A stretch of DNA of 32,000 nucleotides from Candidatus Saccharimonadota bacterium (GCA_049942765.1 CP188086.1:570001-602000), one strand, 5' to 3'. Positions 21,166 through 31,642 are shown, counted from the stretch's first letter. The notes: generated by a model not told the origin, from the sequence alone. Numbers and translations are program-made.

Positions 21166-21201
21166 ACAAGGAATCCAGTTAGAATGAACTGGATTCCTTG
21201 T
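21166..21201 (+). terminator. Strong 15-bp stem-loop in the rpoB-rpoC spacer, followed by tttcgtttc (terminator-like, attenuator-like or a processing structure)
   Basis: The bases were paired by hand. Positions 21166-21180 (acaaggaatccagtt) pair with 21187-21201 (aactggattccttgt), with the loop agaatg. The stem contains 6 G-C pairs, which is unusual for spacers in this window. Confidence 0.5.
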
Positions 21202-21229
21202 TTCGTTTCACTATGACGGGAACTAATCC

Positions 21230-24200
21230 GTGAAAGATTTACTAAATTTTTTAAAATCACAAACGAAAAAAGAAGAGTTTGATTCTATAAAAATTGAACT
21301 TGCATCACCAGATATGATACGTTCTTGGTCTTTCGGTGAAGTAAAAAAACCAGAAACAATCAATTATCGTACATTTAAACCTGAACGAGATGGTTTATTT
21401 TGCGCAAGAATTTTTGGTCCTATTAAAGACTATGAATGTTTATGTGGAAAATATAAACGATTAAAACACCGAGGTGTTATTTGTGAAAAATGTGGAGTAG
21501 AAGTCACTCAAAGCAAAGTTAGAAGAGATAGAATGGGTCATATTGAATTAGCATCGCCTACAGCCCATATTTGGTTTTTAAAATCTTTGCCTTCTAGAAT
21601 AGGCTTATTGTTAGATATGCCATTAAGAGATATTGAAAGAGTATTATATTTTGAATCTTATGTTGTAGTAGAAGAAGGTATGACAAATTTAGATAAAAAA
21701 CAAATTTTAACTGAAGAGCAGTACTTAGATGCATTAGAAGAGTTTGGAGATGAATTTTATGCAAAAATGGGAGCGGAAGCAATTCAATATTTATTAAAAA
21801 AATTAAATTTAAAAATAGAATGTGAAACATTAAAAAAAGAATTATATGAAACAAATTCTGAAACTAAACGAAAAAAAATTACAAAAAGAATAAAACTACT
21901 AGAATCTTTTATTCAATCTAATAATAAACCTGAATGGATGATTCTTACAGTATTACCAGTATTACCTCCAGATTTAAGACCACTTGTACCATTAGATGGA
22001 GGAAGATTTGCTACTTCTGATTTAAATGATTTATATCGAAGAGTTATTAATCGAAATAATCGTTTAAAAAGATTATTAGATTTATCTGCACCTGACATTA
22101 TTGTAAGAAATGAAAAAAGAATGCTACAAGAATCTGTTGATGCATTATTAGATAATGGAAGAAGAGGTAGAGCAATTACTGGATCTAACAAACGTCCACT
22201 CAAATCTTTAGCTGATATGATTAAAGGTAAACAAGGTAGATTTAGACAAAATTTATTAGGAAAACGAGTAGATTATTCAGGTAGATCTGTAATTACAGTA
22301 GGACCATATTTACATTTACATCAATGTGGTTTACCTAAAAAAATGGCATTAGAATTATTCAAGCCTTTTATTTATGGTAAATTAGAAGTAAAGGGATTAG
22401 CTACTACTATTAAAGCAGCTAAAAAAATGGTAGAAAAAGAAGAATCTGTAGTATGGGATGTATTAGATGAAGTTATACGTGAACATCCTGTATTACTCAA
22501 TCGAGCACCTACACTACATCGATTAGGAATTCAAGCATTTGAACCAATTTTAATTGAAGGAAAGGCAATTCAATTACATCCTTTAGTGTGTGCTGCATAC
22601 AACGCCGATTTTGACGGTGATCAAATGGCTGTACATGTACCTTTAACATTAGAAGCTCAGTTAGAAGCACGAGCATTAATGATGTCTACAAACAATATTT
22701 TATCCCCAGCAAACGGAGAACCAATTATAGTCCCTTCTCAAGATGTTGTTTTAGGTTTATATTATATGACTCGAAAAAAAATAAATGGAAAGGGAGAGGG
22801 GATGATATTCAGTAGTCCTGAAGAAGCTGAAAAATCATATCGAACAGGCTATACCGAATTACATTCAATAGTACAAGTACTTATTACTGAATATACCAAA
22901 ACAGAAGATACCAATTTTTTAAAATCTAAAAAAATAATAAAAACTACTATTGGTCGTACATTACTATGGATGATTTTACCAAAAGGATTATCCTTTAATA
23001 TGGTTAATCAAGTTTTAGTAAAAAAAACTATTTCAAAAATGTTAAATACTTGCTATCGTATTTTAGGTTTAAAAGATACTGTTAAATTTGCTGATCAAAT
23101 TATGTATACTGGATTTCATTATGCTGCAAAATCTGGTTCCTCTGTAGGTATAGATGACATGGTTATACCTTCTAAAAAATCTTTAATAATTGAAGAAGCA
23201 GAAACTGAAGTAATAGAAATACAAGATCAATTTCAATCGGGTTTAGTAACTGCTGGTGAACGATATAACAAAGTGATTGATATTTGGGCAGCCGCTAATG
23301 AAAGAGTTGCTACTGCTATGATGAATAATTTGTCACATCAATTTGTTATTAATAAAAATGGAATATTGGAACAACAAATATCTTTTAATAGTATTTTTAT
23401 GATGGCTGATTCAGGAGCTCGTGGTTCAGCAGCACAAATTAGACAATTAGCTGGAATGAGAGGTTTAATGGCAAAACCTGATGGTTCTATTATAGAAACT
23501 CCTATTACAGCTAATTTTAGAGAAGGTTTAAATGTATTACAATATTTTATTTCCACTCATGGAGCTAGAAAAGGATTGGCTGATACCGCTTTAAAGACTG
23601 CTAATTCAGGTTATCTTACTCGTAGACTTGTAGATGTAGCACAAGATTTAGTAGTGACTGAAGATGATTGTTTAACTTTTGAAGGTTTAACCATGACTTC
23701 TGTTATTGAAGGAGGTGATGTTAAAGAACCACTAAGAGAAAGAGTTTTAGGACGATTAACTGCAGAAGACGTATTACATATAAATTCTTCTAAAGTTTTA
23801 ATTCCTAGAAATACTTTATTAAATGAACAATGGTGCAATATTTTAGAAAACCATTCTATTGATAGTATTAAAGTAAGATCAGTCGTTAACTGTGAAACTA
23901 ATTTTGGTGTATGTGCATATTGTTATGGCAGAGATTTAGCTAGAGGTAACTTAGTTAATAAAGGAGAAGCAATAGGTGTTATAGCGGCACAATCAATTGG
24001 AGAACCAGGTACTCAATTAACTATGAGGACATTTCATATTGGAGGTGCTGCTTCTCGTGTCGCTACTGAATCTAGTATTCAAGTAAAAAGTAGAGGAAAA
24101 TTAGCATTAAACAATGTAAAATCAGTAAAAAACTCTATTGGAAAGATTGTTATTACTTCTAGAAACGCAGAATTACGTATTATTGATGAATACAATCGAA

Positions 24201-25474
24201 CAAAAGAAAGTTATAAAATTCCTTATGGTGCAATTATGGCTAAAGCACATGGAGACACTGTGAATCCTGGAGAAACTGTAGCTAAATGGGATCCACATAA
24301 TATGCCAGTAATTACTGAAGTTCACGGGTTTATTAAATTTATTGATATGATAGAAGGTCAAAGCATTATTAGACAAGCTGATGAATTAACAGGATTATCA
24401 TCAATTGTTATTTTGGACACTCCAGAACGTACAACAGTAGGTAAAGATTTAAGACCAGCTCTAAAAATTGTGACAGAAGATGGATTAAACGTTCTATTAC
24501 CAGGAACGGATATGCCAGCTCAATATTTCTTACCTGGAAAAAGTATTGTTCAATTAGAAAACAATATGAAAATTTTTTCTGGTGATACTTTAGCTAGAAT
24601 TCCTCAAGAATCAGGAGGTACAAAAGATATTACTGGTGGTTTACCTAGAGTAGCTGATTTATTTGAAGCTAGAAGACCTAAAGAACTAGCTATTTTAGCT
24701 GAAATTAACGGAATTGTATCATTTGGAAAAGAAACAAAAGGTAAAAGAAGATTAATGATTTCTTCACTTAATAATGATGAACCTTATGAAGAGATGATTC
24801 CAAAATGGCGACAACTTAATGTGTTTGAAGGTGAATATGTTGAAAAAGGAGATGTTATTTCAGATGGACCTGAATCCCCGCATGATATTTTACGTTTAAG
24901 AGGTGTGCAAGCTGTTACTAGATATATAGTAAATGAAGTACAAGATGTTTATCGTCTTCAAGGTGTAAAAATTAATGATAAACATATTGAAGTTATTGTT
25001 AGACAAATGCTTCGAAAAGCAACAATTATTAATAAAGGAGATTCTAATTTTTTAAATGGAGAACAACTAGAATTTTCTAAAATAAAAATTGAAAATAAAA
25101 AATTACAATCATTAAAAAAAAATATAGCTAGTTTTTCTAGGAATTTATTAGGAATTACTAAAGCTTCTTTAGCAACAGATTCTTTCATATCAGCAGCTTC
25201 ATTTCAAGAAACAACACGGATTTTAACAGAATCTGCTGTTGCAGGAAAAAAAGATGAATTACGAGGATTAAAAGAAAATGTAATTGTAGGACGTTTGATT
25301 CCAGCTGGTACAGGATATGCGTATCATATGAATCGAATAAATCAACGTCATAAAAACATATTTCATAATTTAAATAACAAAAAAAATCAAAATCATCAAA
25401 TTAGTCTAGAAGAAGCATCTGCTAATTTATCAGAATTACTTAATGCTACTAATATTAATAATAAACCCGATTAA
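21230..25474 (+). CDS. rpoC: RNA polymerase beta-prime subunit RpoC, GTG start as in E. coli
   Basis: The 1414-aa product reads [64 protein letters not shown], which is nearly identical to E. coli. The catalytic motif [12 protein letters not shown] is present. The start context gacgggaactaatccGTGaaagattta resembles E. coli. Confidence 0.99.
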   Translation: MKDLLNFLKSQTKKEEFDSIKIELASPDMIRSWSFGEVKKPETINYRTFKPERDGLFCARIFGPIKDYECLCGKYKRLKHRGVICEKCGVEVTQSKVRRDRMGHIELASPTAHIWFLKSLPSRIGLLLDMPLRDIERVLYFESYVVVEEGMTNLDKKQILTEEQYLDALEEFGDEFYAKMGAEAIQYLLKKLNLKIECETLKKELYETNSETKRKKITKRIKLLESFIQSNNKPEWMILTVLPVLPPDLRPLVPLDGGRFATSDLNDLYRRVINRNNRLKRLLDLSAPDIIVRNEKRMLQESVDALLDNGRRGRAITGSNKRPLKSLADMIKGKQGRFRQNLLGKRVDYSGRSVITVGPYLHLHQCGLPKKMALELFKPFIYGKLEVKGLATTIKAAKKMVEKEESVVWDVLDEVIREHPVLLNRAPTLHRLGIQAFEPILIEGKAIQLHPLVCAAYNADFDGDQMAVHVPLTLEAQLEARALMMSTNNILSPANGEPIIVPSQDVVLGLYYMTRKKINGKGEGMIFSSPEEAEKSYRTGYTELHSIVQVLITEYTKTEDTNFLKSKKIIKTTIGRTLLWMILPKGLSFNMVNQVLVKKTISKMLNTCYRILGLKDTVKFADQIMYTGFHYAAKSGSSVGIDDMVIPSKKSLIIEEAETEVIEIQDQFQSGLVTAGERYNKVIDIWAAANERVATAMMNNLSHQFVINKNGILEQQISFNSIFMMADSGARGSAAQIRQLAGMRGLMAKPDGSIIETPITANFREGLNVLQYFISTHGARKGLADTALKTANSGYLTRRLVDVAQDLVVTEDDCLTFEGLTMTSVIEGGDVKEPLRERVLGRLTAEDVLHINSSKVLIPRNTLLNEQWCNILENHSIDSIKVRSVVNCETNFGVCAYCYGRDLARGNLVNKGEAIGVIAAQSIGEPGTQLTMRTFHIGGAASRVATESSIQVKSRGKLALNNVKSVKNSIGKIVITSRNAELRIIDEYNRTKESYKIPYGAIMAKAHGDTVNPGETVAKWDPHNMPVITEVHGFIKFIDMIEGQSIIRQADELTGLSSIVILDTPERTTVGKDLRPALKIVTEDGLNVLLPGTDMPAQYFLPGKSIVQLENNMKIFSGDTLARIPQESGGTKDITGGLPRVADLFEARRPKELAILAEINGIVSFGKETKGKRRLMISSLNNDEPYEEMIPKWRQLNVFEGEYVEKGDVISDGPESPHDILRLRGVQAVTRYIVNEVQDVYRLQGVKINDKHIEVIVRQMLRKATIINKGDSNFLNGEQLEFSKIKIENKKLQSLKKNIASFSRNLLGITKASLATDSFISAASFQETTRILTESAVAGKKDELRGLKENVIVGRLIPAGTGYAYHMNRINQRHKNIFHNLNNKKNQNHQISLEEASANLSELLNATNINNKPD

Positions 25475-25495
25475 ATATTGAAATTAATTAAATAA

Positions 25496-25530
25496 ACGAG
25501 AAAGTTAATTCTTATTTTCTCGTCTATTTA
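25496..25530 (+). terminator. Putative rpoC terminator hairpin (acgagaaa/tttctcgt, 12-nt loop) followed by ctattta
   Basis: The bases were paired by hand. It begins 22 nt after the rpoC stop. The stem is 8 bp and the U-tract is modest. Confidence 0.45.
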
Positions 25531-25811
25531 AATATAGTTAAATATTATTCTTAAATTTATACATATGTATGTAATAATATACATAATTGGATTGATTAAT
25601 ACTTTATTAAATTTTAACGCACATTACAAATGTAGTTATATTACTCATTAATTATCATGAAATATATTATATATAATAATAAAATTAATAAAAATAAATT
25701 TATTATTTTGGTACAATTATTTAAAAATATATTTTGTTGCTATTAATATTATTATCAATAATATAGTAACTATACAACATACCTGTTATTAACAATAACG
25801 AATACAAACTA

Positions 25812-27410
25812 ATGAATAAAAAAAATTCTATACGACAAGCTTTAATTAGTGTATCAGACAAATCTGGACTTGTTTCATTAGCTCAATCATTAATCAAAAG
25901 AAATATAAATATATTTTCTACAGGTGGAACAGAAAAATTTTTAAAAAAAAATAATATCACTACTACCAGTATATCTGAATATACTCAGTTTCCTGAAATA
26001 ATGAATGGTAAAATTAAAACTATACATCCTAAAATTTACGGAAGTATTTTAGGTAATCCAAACGATGATAGAGATATTATGAATTTTTATAACATTGTTC
26101 CTATTGATCTTGTTATAGTTAATCTGTATCCATTTTCAAAAAAGATTGCTATTGATAATATTTATCATGAAAATATACTTAATTATATCGATATTGGTGG
26201 AGTTACATTAATTAGAGCTGCTGCTAAAAACCATCCTAACGTTATGGTGGTAGTTTGTCCATTAGATTATCCATTAATTACCAATTTATTAGATAATAAT
26301 AATAATACATTTAACATAGAAGACAAGTTCTACATGGCTTGTAAAGCGTTTAAATATACTTCTCAATATGACAAAACTATTTTTGATTACTTAATTCAAC
26401 ATAATATTAAAACATCCACAATTCAATTAAAAACACAACCTTTACCCAATTATATAAATATTAAATTGAAAAAAAAACAAGATTTACGTTATGGAGAAAA
26501 TCATCATCAAAAAGCAGCTTTGTATTTTAATACATTAGACAATCAACATCATATAACTAATTCTATTTCATCGGCTAAACAAATTCAAGGCAAATTACTA
26601 TCATATAATAACATATCTGATGCAGATATAGCATGGGAATGTGTTCAATCTTTTAAAAATCCTGCCTGTGTTATTGTTAAGCATGGAACTCCATGCGGAG
26701 TATCTGAAAGTACTTCTTTATTAAATGCATATTTATCTGCTTATCATTGCGATAGTATATCCGCATTTGGAGGGGTTATAGCGTTCAATCACATATTAAA
26801 TAGTATTACAATTCATGAAATATTAAAAACACAATTTGTAGAAGTAATTATAGCTGATTCTGTAACAGAATCAGGATTAGAAATTTTAAAACTTAAAAAA
26901 AATATTAGAGTAATATTATGTAATAAAAATAAAAATAAAAATTGTTATGATATAAAATCAATTCATGGAGGAGGATTCTTAGTCCAAGATAGTGATACAA
27001 TAGAAACTAATTATAATGCATGGAAAAATGTTAGTTTTAAAACACCTACTAATCGGGAATATTTAGATTTGATATTTGCTTGGAAAGTAGTGAAATTTGT
27101 TAAATCTAATGCTATAGTGTATGTACAAAATCAATCAACAATTAGTATTGGTAGTGGTCAAACAAGTCGAATTGATTCAACAAAAATAGCTACTTCAAAA
27201 ATAAATGACAAAAAACAATCTTTAAAAAACATTGTTATGGCTTCAGATGCTTTTTTACCCTTTAGAGATAATGTTGATGAAGCAATAAAAATAGGTGTAT
27301 CTTGCATTATTCAACCTGGTGGATCTATAAAAGATCAAGAAATTATTCAAGCTGCAAATGAACATAATATAATCATGATTTTTACTAATAAACGTCATTT
27401 TAAACATTAA
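25812..27410 (+). CDS. purH: Bifunctional AICAR transformylase / IMP cyclohydrolase PurH
   Basis: The 532-aa product is collinear with E. coli PurH: ALISVSDKSGL, STGGT, KTIHPKI, VNLYPF, IDIGGVTLIRAAAKNH, LSYNNISDAD, CVIVKHGTPCGV, SAFGGVIAFN, FVEVIIA, VKSNAIVY, IGSGQTSR, ASDAFLPFRD, IIQPGGSI, and a C-terminal RHFKH. No purD follows. Confidence 0.97.
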   Translation: MNKKNSIRQALISVSDKSGLVSLAQSLIKRNINIFSTGGTEKFLKKNNITTTSISEYTQFPEIMNGKIKTIHPKIYGSILGNPNDDRDIMNFYNIVPIDLVIVNLYPFSKKIAIDNIYHENILNYIDIGGVTLIRAAAKNHPNVMVVVCPLDYPLITNLLDNNNNTFNIEDKFYMACKAFKYTSQYDKTIFDYLIQHNIKTSTIQLKTQPLPNYINIKLKKKQDLRYGENHHQKAALYFNTLDNQHHITNSISSAKQIQGKLLSYNNISDADIAWECVQSFKNPACVIVKHGTPCGVSESTSLLNAYLSAYHCDSISAFGGVIAFNHILNSITIHEILKTQFVEVIIADSVTESGLEILKLKKNIRVILCNKNKNKNCYDIKSIHGGGFLVQDSDTIETNYNAWKNVSFKTPTNREYLDLIFAWKVVKFVKSNAIVYVQNQSTISIGSGQTSRIDSTKIATSKINDKKQSLKNIVMASDAFLPFRDNVDEAIKIGVSCIIQPGGSIKDQEIIQAANEHNIIMIFTNKRHFKH

Positions 27411-27503
27411 CTTTATTTACTTTAATAAAAAATAAAATTCATATTTTATATTTATATAAAATATTAATGATAGTAATATTTTTATGTTTATTATTACTAA
27501 AAT

Positions 27504-27646
27504 AGTAAATAATCTCAGATCTCAAATCAGTTAGTAGATAGTAATTTTGTATGTTAAAAGGATGCTACAAAATTGAATTTTGTAGCATCCTTTTAACATA
27601 CAAAATTACTATCTACTAACTGATTTGAGATCTGAGATTATTTACT
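27504..27646. repeat. Perfect 143-bp palindrome (71-bp arms around G27575) overlapping the 3' end of metE
   Basis: I paired every position from 27574/27576 out to 27504/27646 by hand and found no mismatch. The first mismatch is t27503 against g27647. The right arm contains the metE codons for (V)NNLRSQIS plus the TAG stop (27616-27646). Confidence 0.95.
27556..27594. terminator. Bidirectional intrinsic terminator core shared by purH (+) and metE (-): aaaa-GGATGCTACAAAATT-g-AATTTTGTAGCATCC-tttt
   Basis: A 15-bp stem is flanked by A4 on one side and T4 on the other. This gives a stem plus U-tract on both strands. It lies between two convergent genes. Confidence 0.7.
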
Positions 27647-29886
27647 GCAATCATCATATTATATAATGATCTCTTTGTTTCCAACCAATCTCTAGTTTTT
27701 AAACCACAATCTGGATTCACCCATAATCTATTAGATGGAATATATTTCAAAGCTTTTTTTAATGAATTTTCTATCCATTCACTAGGAGGAATATTAGGAG
27801 AATGAATATCATAAATACCAGGTCCTATTGAGTTAAGATATTTGAATTTTTTAAAACTTTTTAATAATTCCATATTTGATCTTGCTGTTTCAATAGTAAT
27901 TACATCAGCATCTAACAATAATATAGAACTCATAATATCATTAAACTCACAATAACACATATGAGTATGAATTTGAGTACAATCTTTTACTCCAGAAGAA
28001 GCTAATTTAAAAGCTGTTATAGCCCAATCTAAATATTTTTTCCATAAACTTTGACGTAATGGTAAACCTTCTCTTAATGCAGGTTCGTCAATTTGAATAA
28101 TTTTGATTCCAGAATTTTCCAAATCAGCAACTTCATCTCTTAAAGCAAAAGCTAATTGTTTAGCTATGATTTCTTTTGAAATATCTTCTCTTGAAAACGA
28201 CCATAGTAACATTGTTACAGGACCAGTTAGCATCCCCTTTACAAATTTATTAGTTAATGACTGTGCATATTTAGTCCATTTAATAGTCATAGGAGATAAC
28301 CTATAAATGTCTCCAACAATAATTGGTGGTTTAACACAACGTGAACCATAACTTTGAACCCATCCATATGAAGTAAATACAAATCCTTCTAATTGTTCTC
28401 CAAAATATTCTACCATATCGTTTCTTTCAGGCTCTCCATGAACTAAGACATCAATATTAAGGTTTTCCTGTTGATATATAGTATCTTTAATATATTCTGA
28501 AATTTGTTCATTATAGTCTGATAAATTAATTTTTTGTTGTTTAAAATCTGAACGTAACTTTCTTATTTTTATAGTTTGAGGAAAAGATCCAATAGTAGTA
28601 GTAGGTAAAATAGGTAATTTTAATGTATCTTGTTGTATTTGATATCGAATTGTATAACTATTATTTCTACATATATCCCTCTGAACAATATTATCAATTC
28701 TTTTTTGAACATCTTTATTATGAACTAATAAAGAATCTTTTCTTTTTAAGATGGAAGAACTCCATGTTGTAATATCATTAATATTATCATTATTTAATGC
28801 ATTAGTTAATAATTTTAATTCAGTACATTTTTGTATAGCAAAAGAAAACCAACTTTTAGTTACAGTATCTAATTTATTTTCTATATTAATATCAATAGGT
28901 GTATGTAATAATGAACAAGATGATCCAATCCACAAGTTATTTCGACAATTCATAACAGGTTGAATTAATTTAAATAATTTAACCAAATTAGCTTTCCAAA
29001 TATTCCTACCGTTAATTACACCTAAAGATAAAACTAAATTTTTAGATAATAATTGATTAATTTGTGTTAAATTACATTTTTCGGAAATTATATCAATATG
29101 TAAACCTTGAATTGGTAATTTTTGTATAATATCTAAGTTATGTTCAATATTTCCAAAATAAGTAGTTAACAATAAATTATTGATACCATATAAATAATTA
29201 TAAGCTGTAAAAAAAGCTTTTTTCCACGTATCTGAAAGTTCGAGTACTAATATAGGTTCATCTATTTGAATCCATTTTATATTTTTTTTTGCTAATGTGT
29301 GTAAAATTTTTTTATAGACTGGGAGAATATTGTTTAATAAATCTAATCTATTGAATGAATCATCTATTGATTTACCTAACCAAAGATATGTTATAGGTCC
29401 TATAATTACTGGTTTTATATTGCGATTAAAACACATCGATTCATCAATTTCTTCAAATAGTTGAGTCCAAGTAATGTTAAACGATTGATCTTTATTAAAT
29501 TCTGGTACTATATAATGATAATTAGTATTAAACCATTTAGTCATATCAGATGCATGAATTATTTTTTCTTTAAATATTGAACCTCTAGCTATATTAAATA
29601 ATATATCTAATTTTGATAAATTATCATAATTTTTATGACGTTCTGGAATATTACCTAGTAACATACTAGTATGTAATACGTGATCATACCAAGAAAAATC
29701 CCCTACGGATAAAAAATCTAAATTATTATCTATTTGTATTTTCCAATTTTTATGTCTAATATTGTAGCCAACAGATAACAATTCTTGTTGACTGATATTT
29801 TTTTGCCAATATTTTTCTTGAGCGTGTTTTAATTCTCGATGACATCCAATTCTAGGAAACCCTAAAATATGATTCAATATAGTCAT
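27616..29886 (-). CDS. metE: Cobalamin-independent methionine synthase MetE
   Basis: The 756-aa product is collinear with E. coli MetE (753 aa): MTILNHILGFPRIG, MTKWFNTNYHYIVPEF, TTTIGSFPQT, VLVHGEPERNDMVEYFGE, GWVQSYGSRCVKPPII, IQIDEPALREGLPLR, IHTHMCYCEFNDI, ITIE, GPGIYDIHSP, WVNPDCGLKTR. The Shine-Dalgarno sequence aaggacaatatATG is present. Confidence 0.98.
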   Translation of the reverse strand: MTILNHILGFPRIGCHRELKHAQEKYWQKNISQQELLSVGYNIRHKNWKIQIDNNLDFLSVGDFSWYDHVLHTSMLLGNIPERHKNYDNLSKLDILFNIARGSIFKEKIIHASDMTKWFNTNYHYIVPEFNKDQSFNITWTQLFEEIDESMCFNRNIKPVIIGPITYLWLGKSIDDSFNRLDLLNNILPVYKKILHTLAKKNIKWIQIDEPILVLELSDTWKKAFFTAYNYLYGINNLLLTTYFGNIEHNLDIIQKLPIQGLHIDIISEKCNLTQINQLLSKNLVLSLGVINGRNIWKANLVKLFKLIQPVMNCRNNLWIGSSCSLLHTPIDINIENKLDTVTKSWFSFAIQKCTELKLLTNALNNDNINDITTWSSSILKRKDSLLVHNKDVQKRIDNIVQRDICRNNSYTIRYQIQQDTLKLPILPTTTIGSFPQTIKIRKLRSDFKQQKINLSDYNEQISEYIKDTIYQQENLNIDVLVHGEPERNDMVEYFGEQLEGFVFTSYGWVQSYGSRCVKPPIIVGDIYRLSPMTIKWTKYAQSLTNKFVKGMLTGPVTMLLWSFSREDISKEIIAKQLAFALRDEVADLENSGIKIIQIDEPALREGLPLRQSLWKKYLDWAITAFKLASSGVKDCTQIHTHMCYCEFNDIMSSILLLDADVITIETARSNMELLKSFKKFKYLNSIGPGIYDIHSPNIPPSEWIENSLKKALKYIPSNRLWVNPDCGLKTRDWLETKRSLYNMMIAVNNLRSQIS

Positions 29887-30726
29887 ATATTGTCCTTATT
29901 ATCGATATAATATTATATATTTATTTTTGATATTAATAAAAACCAATAATTTTTAATACAATGTTTTATAGAAAAAATAAAACATTAATTAAATATAATT
30001 TAGTTGTTTACATAAACTATTTTATAATATAAAACATTGAAATACAAAATTTTATATTAAAAAAAACTATTAATATATATACAATATTAATAAGTAATAT
30101 TTAATTAATAAAAAATTAAACAAATTATATAATTAATCAAAATTATATATTTATTAAAATCAATAAAAATATTTAATCTTAATTATTTTAAATAATGTTA
30201 AAAACATTTTTCTTATTATTAAATTTACAAAATAAAATAAAATAATTTTTATTAACAATAAAAAAGAACTATTATTTAATAATAGAAAATATTTTTTATC
30301 ATAAAAATAAATTTCAATATTTATTTAATATAAAACATTTAATATTTATAATTATATATATAAAATAAAAAATCTTTTGATTGTAAAAAATTTTAATAAC
30401 ATCAAATTAAATATGTTTTTAATAAAAATAATTTGTACTGAAATATATTTTTTTAGTTTATGTTGGTTACATTAATAATAAAAAAATACTCTATTTAACT
30501 CTGAATTAATAATAACTATTTTTAATAAACATATATCAAAAAACAGATAATAAAATTATTATTTTATTAATAGTATTTATTATTAATAATAAATAATGAT
30601 ATAAATTTAACAAAATTAATAATTAACAAAAAAAATAATTTTACTGTATATCGTACAACTAATAACATGAGTAACTTACATTATAATTTATAATAACATC
30701 ACTAATTTTTATAAATAAAATATAAA

Positions 30727-31501
30727 TTAGACAAATATTTTAATTATTTTGTTAATATAATTTTTATTAATTACTTCTAATTGAGGTTAAATATATTTTG
30801 AAATTATAATTTACAGCATTCATAATACATCCTTTACTTGAGATAAATACATATCATAATCATTCATATTATCTCCAAATGTAATATAATTATCTAGAGT
30901 GCAACATATTTTAGATGAAATAAATTTCAATACTGTAACTTTAGATATATCATAGTGGACTACCATTGCACATCCTATAGCAAAAAAACATTGTATTTTT
31001 AAAACTATAGTTTTATGATTTCCATTTTTAATAATTGTAATTTATTAATGTTTGAGAATTTAAAAAATATTTTATATATATTATTAAAAATTATAATTTT
31101 AAAATTTAATAAGTTAATTTTAAAAAAATATTACATATGCTATTTTTTAAATTAATATTGTTATGAATATATTATTAATTACGAAATATATTTTCGTAGT
31201 AATGTCTAAATTATTCCTTCTTAAATTACATAAATTGATTATCAATATTATGATAAATATAACAATAAAAAAATAATCTTTGATTAGGATCATGTGTTCG
31301 AAATTCATTAGAAATTATTACATAAAGTTGCATGTTAAAATATTCCACAATAAAAATATATCAGCATAGTATCAAACTGTTATAAGAATAAAATATATAT
31401 TTTTTAAAAACATTCAACAAAATTGATTTTTTAAAATCAATAATTTTACATTGAGATGTAAATAATACCCTATCTAAATTACTTACTATAATTTTATACA
31501 T
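30727..31501 (-). pseudogene. yigL: Cof-type HAD phosphatase pseudogene (yigL-like) with stops, at least one frameshift and a mutated catalytic motif
   Basis: Hand translation of the minus strand gives four matches to E. coli YigL. From ATG 31501, MYKIIVSNLDRVLFTSQ matches MYQVVASDLDGTLLSPD, with the nucleophile Asp changed to Asn. Positions 31268-31324, YVIISNEFRTHDPNQRLFF, match YMITSNGARVHDLDGNLIF. Positions 30820-31041, ...ISKVTVLKFISSKICCTLDNYITFGDNMNDYDMYL..KDVL*, match VSKGHALEAVAKKLGYSLKDCIAFGDGMNDAEMLSMAGKGCI. The C-terminal PQLEVINKN matches PELEVIGTN, with the stop at 30727-30729. The N-terminal and C-terminal parts are in different frames (775 nt in total). In E. coli yigL lies near metR-metE. 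Confidence 0.75.
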
Positions 31502-31571
31502 ATATAATACTTAAAATAAGTCATTATATTAAATATGTTCCATTAAATAAAAAATTATTTTTTAATATTCC

Positions 31572-31616
31572 AGCATCAACAAAAAAACAATTAATATGAA
31601 AGATTTTGCTGATGCT
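31572..31616 (-). terminator. Stem-loop about 25 nt downstream of the rpoH stop (13-bp stem with one G-U on the minus-strand transcript, 19-nt loop)
   Basis: The bases were paired by hand: 31572-31584 with 31604-31616. The single non-Watson-Crick position is G-U on the minus strand only, which fits the rpoH orientation. No U-tract follows. Confidence 0.3.
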
Positions 31617-31642
31617 AAACCATTAATAAACAATCAGTAATA

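Noticed and set aside
21594-25188. Six antisense ORFs (67-96 aa) inside rpoC
   Set aside because: All are shadow ORFs on the strand opposite a fully conserved rpoC. Their composition is low-complexity.
28103-28963. Two plus-strand ORFs (67 aa and 70 aa) inside metE
   Set aside because: They are antisense to the conserved metE frame and have no independent support.
29961-30030. Possible metR start relic (ATG 29961, MFYRKNKTLIKYN against E. coli MetR MIEVKHLKTLQALRN)
   Set aside because: Only K..KTL matches. In DNA that is about 95% A+T, K/N/I/L/Y/F codons dominate, so chance matches are expected. Downstream translation shows no further MetR similarity, including none to the helix-turn-helix TLHQTQSALSHQ.
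31561-31620. FFVDAGIL on the minus strand, first taken for the DxDGT motif and N-terminus of the HAD phosphatase relic
   Set aside because: A much better N-terminus (ATG 31501, MYKIIVSNLDRVLF) lies downstream at the spacing expected from the other YigL motifs. The 31561-31620 match was a chance hit, and the region is better explained as the rpoH 3' stem-loop.
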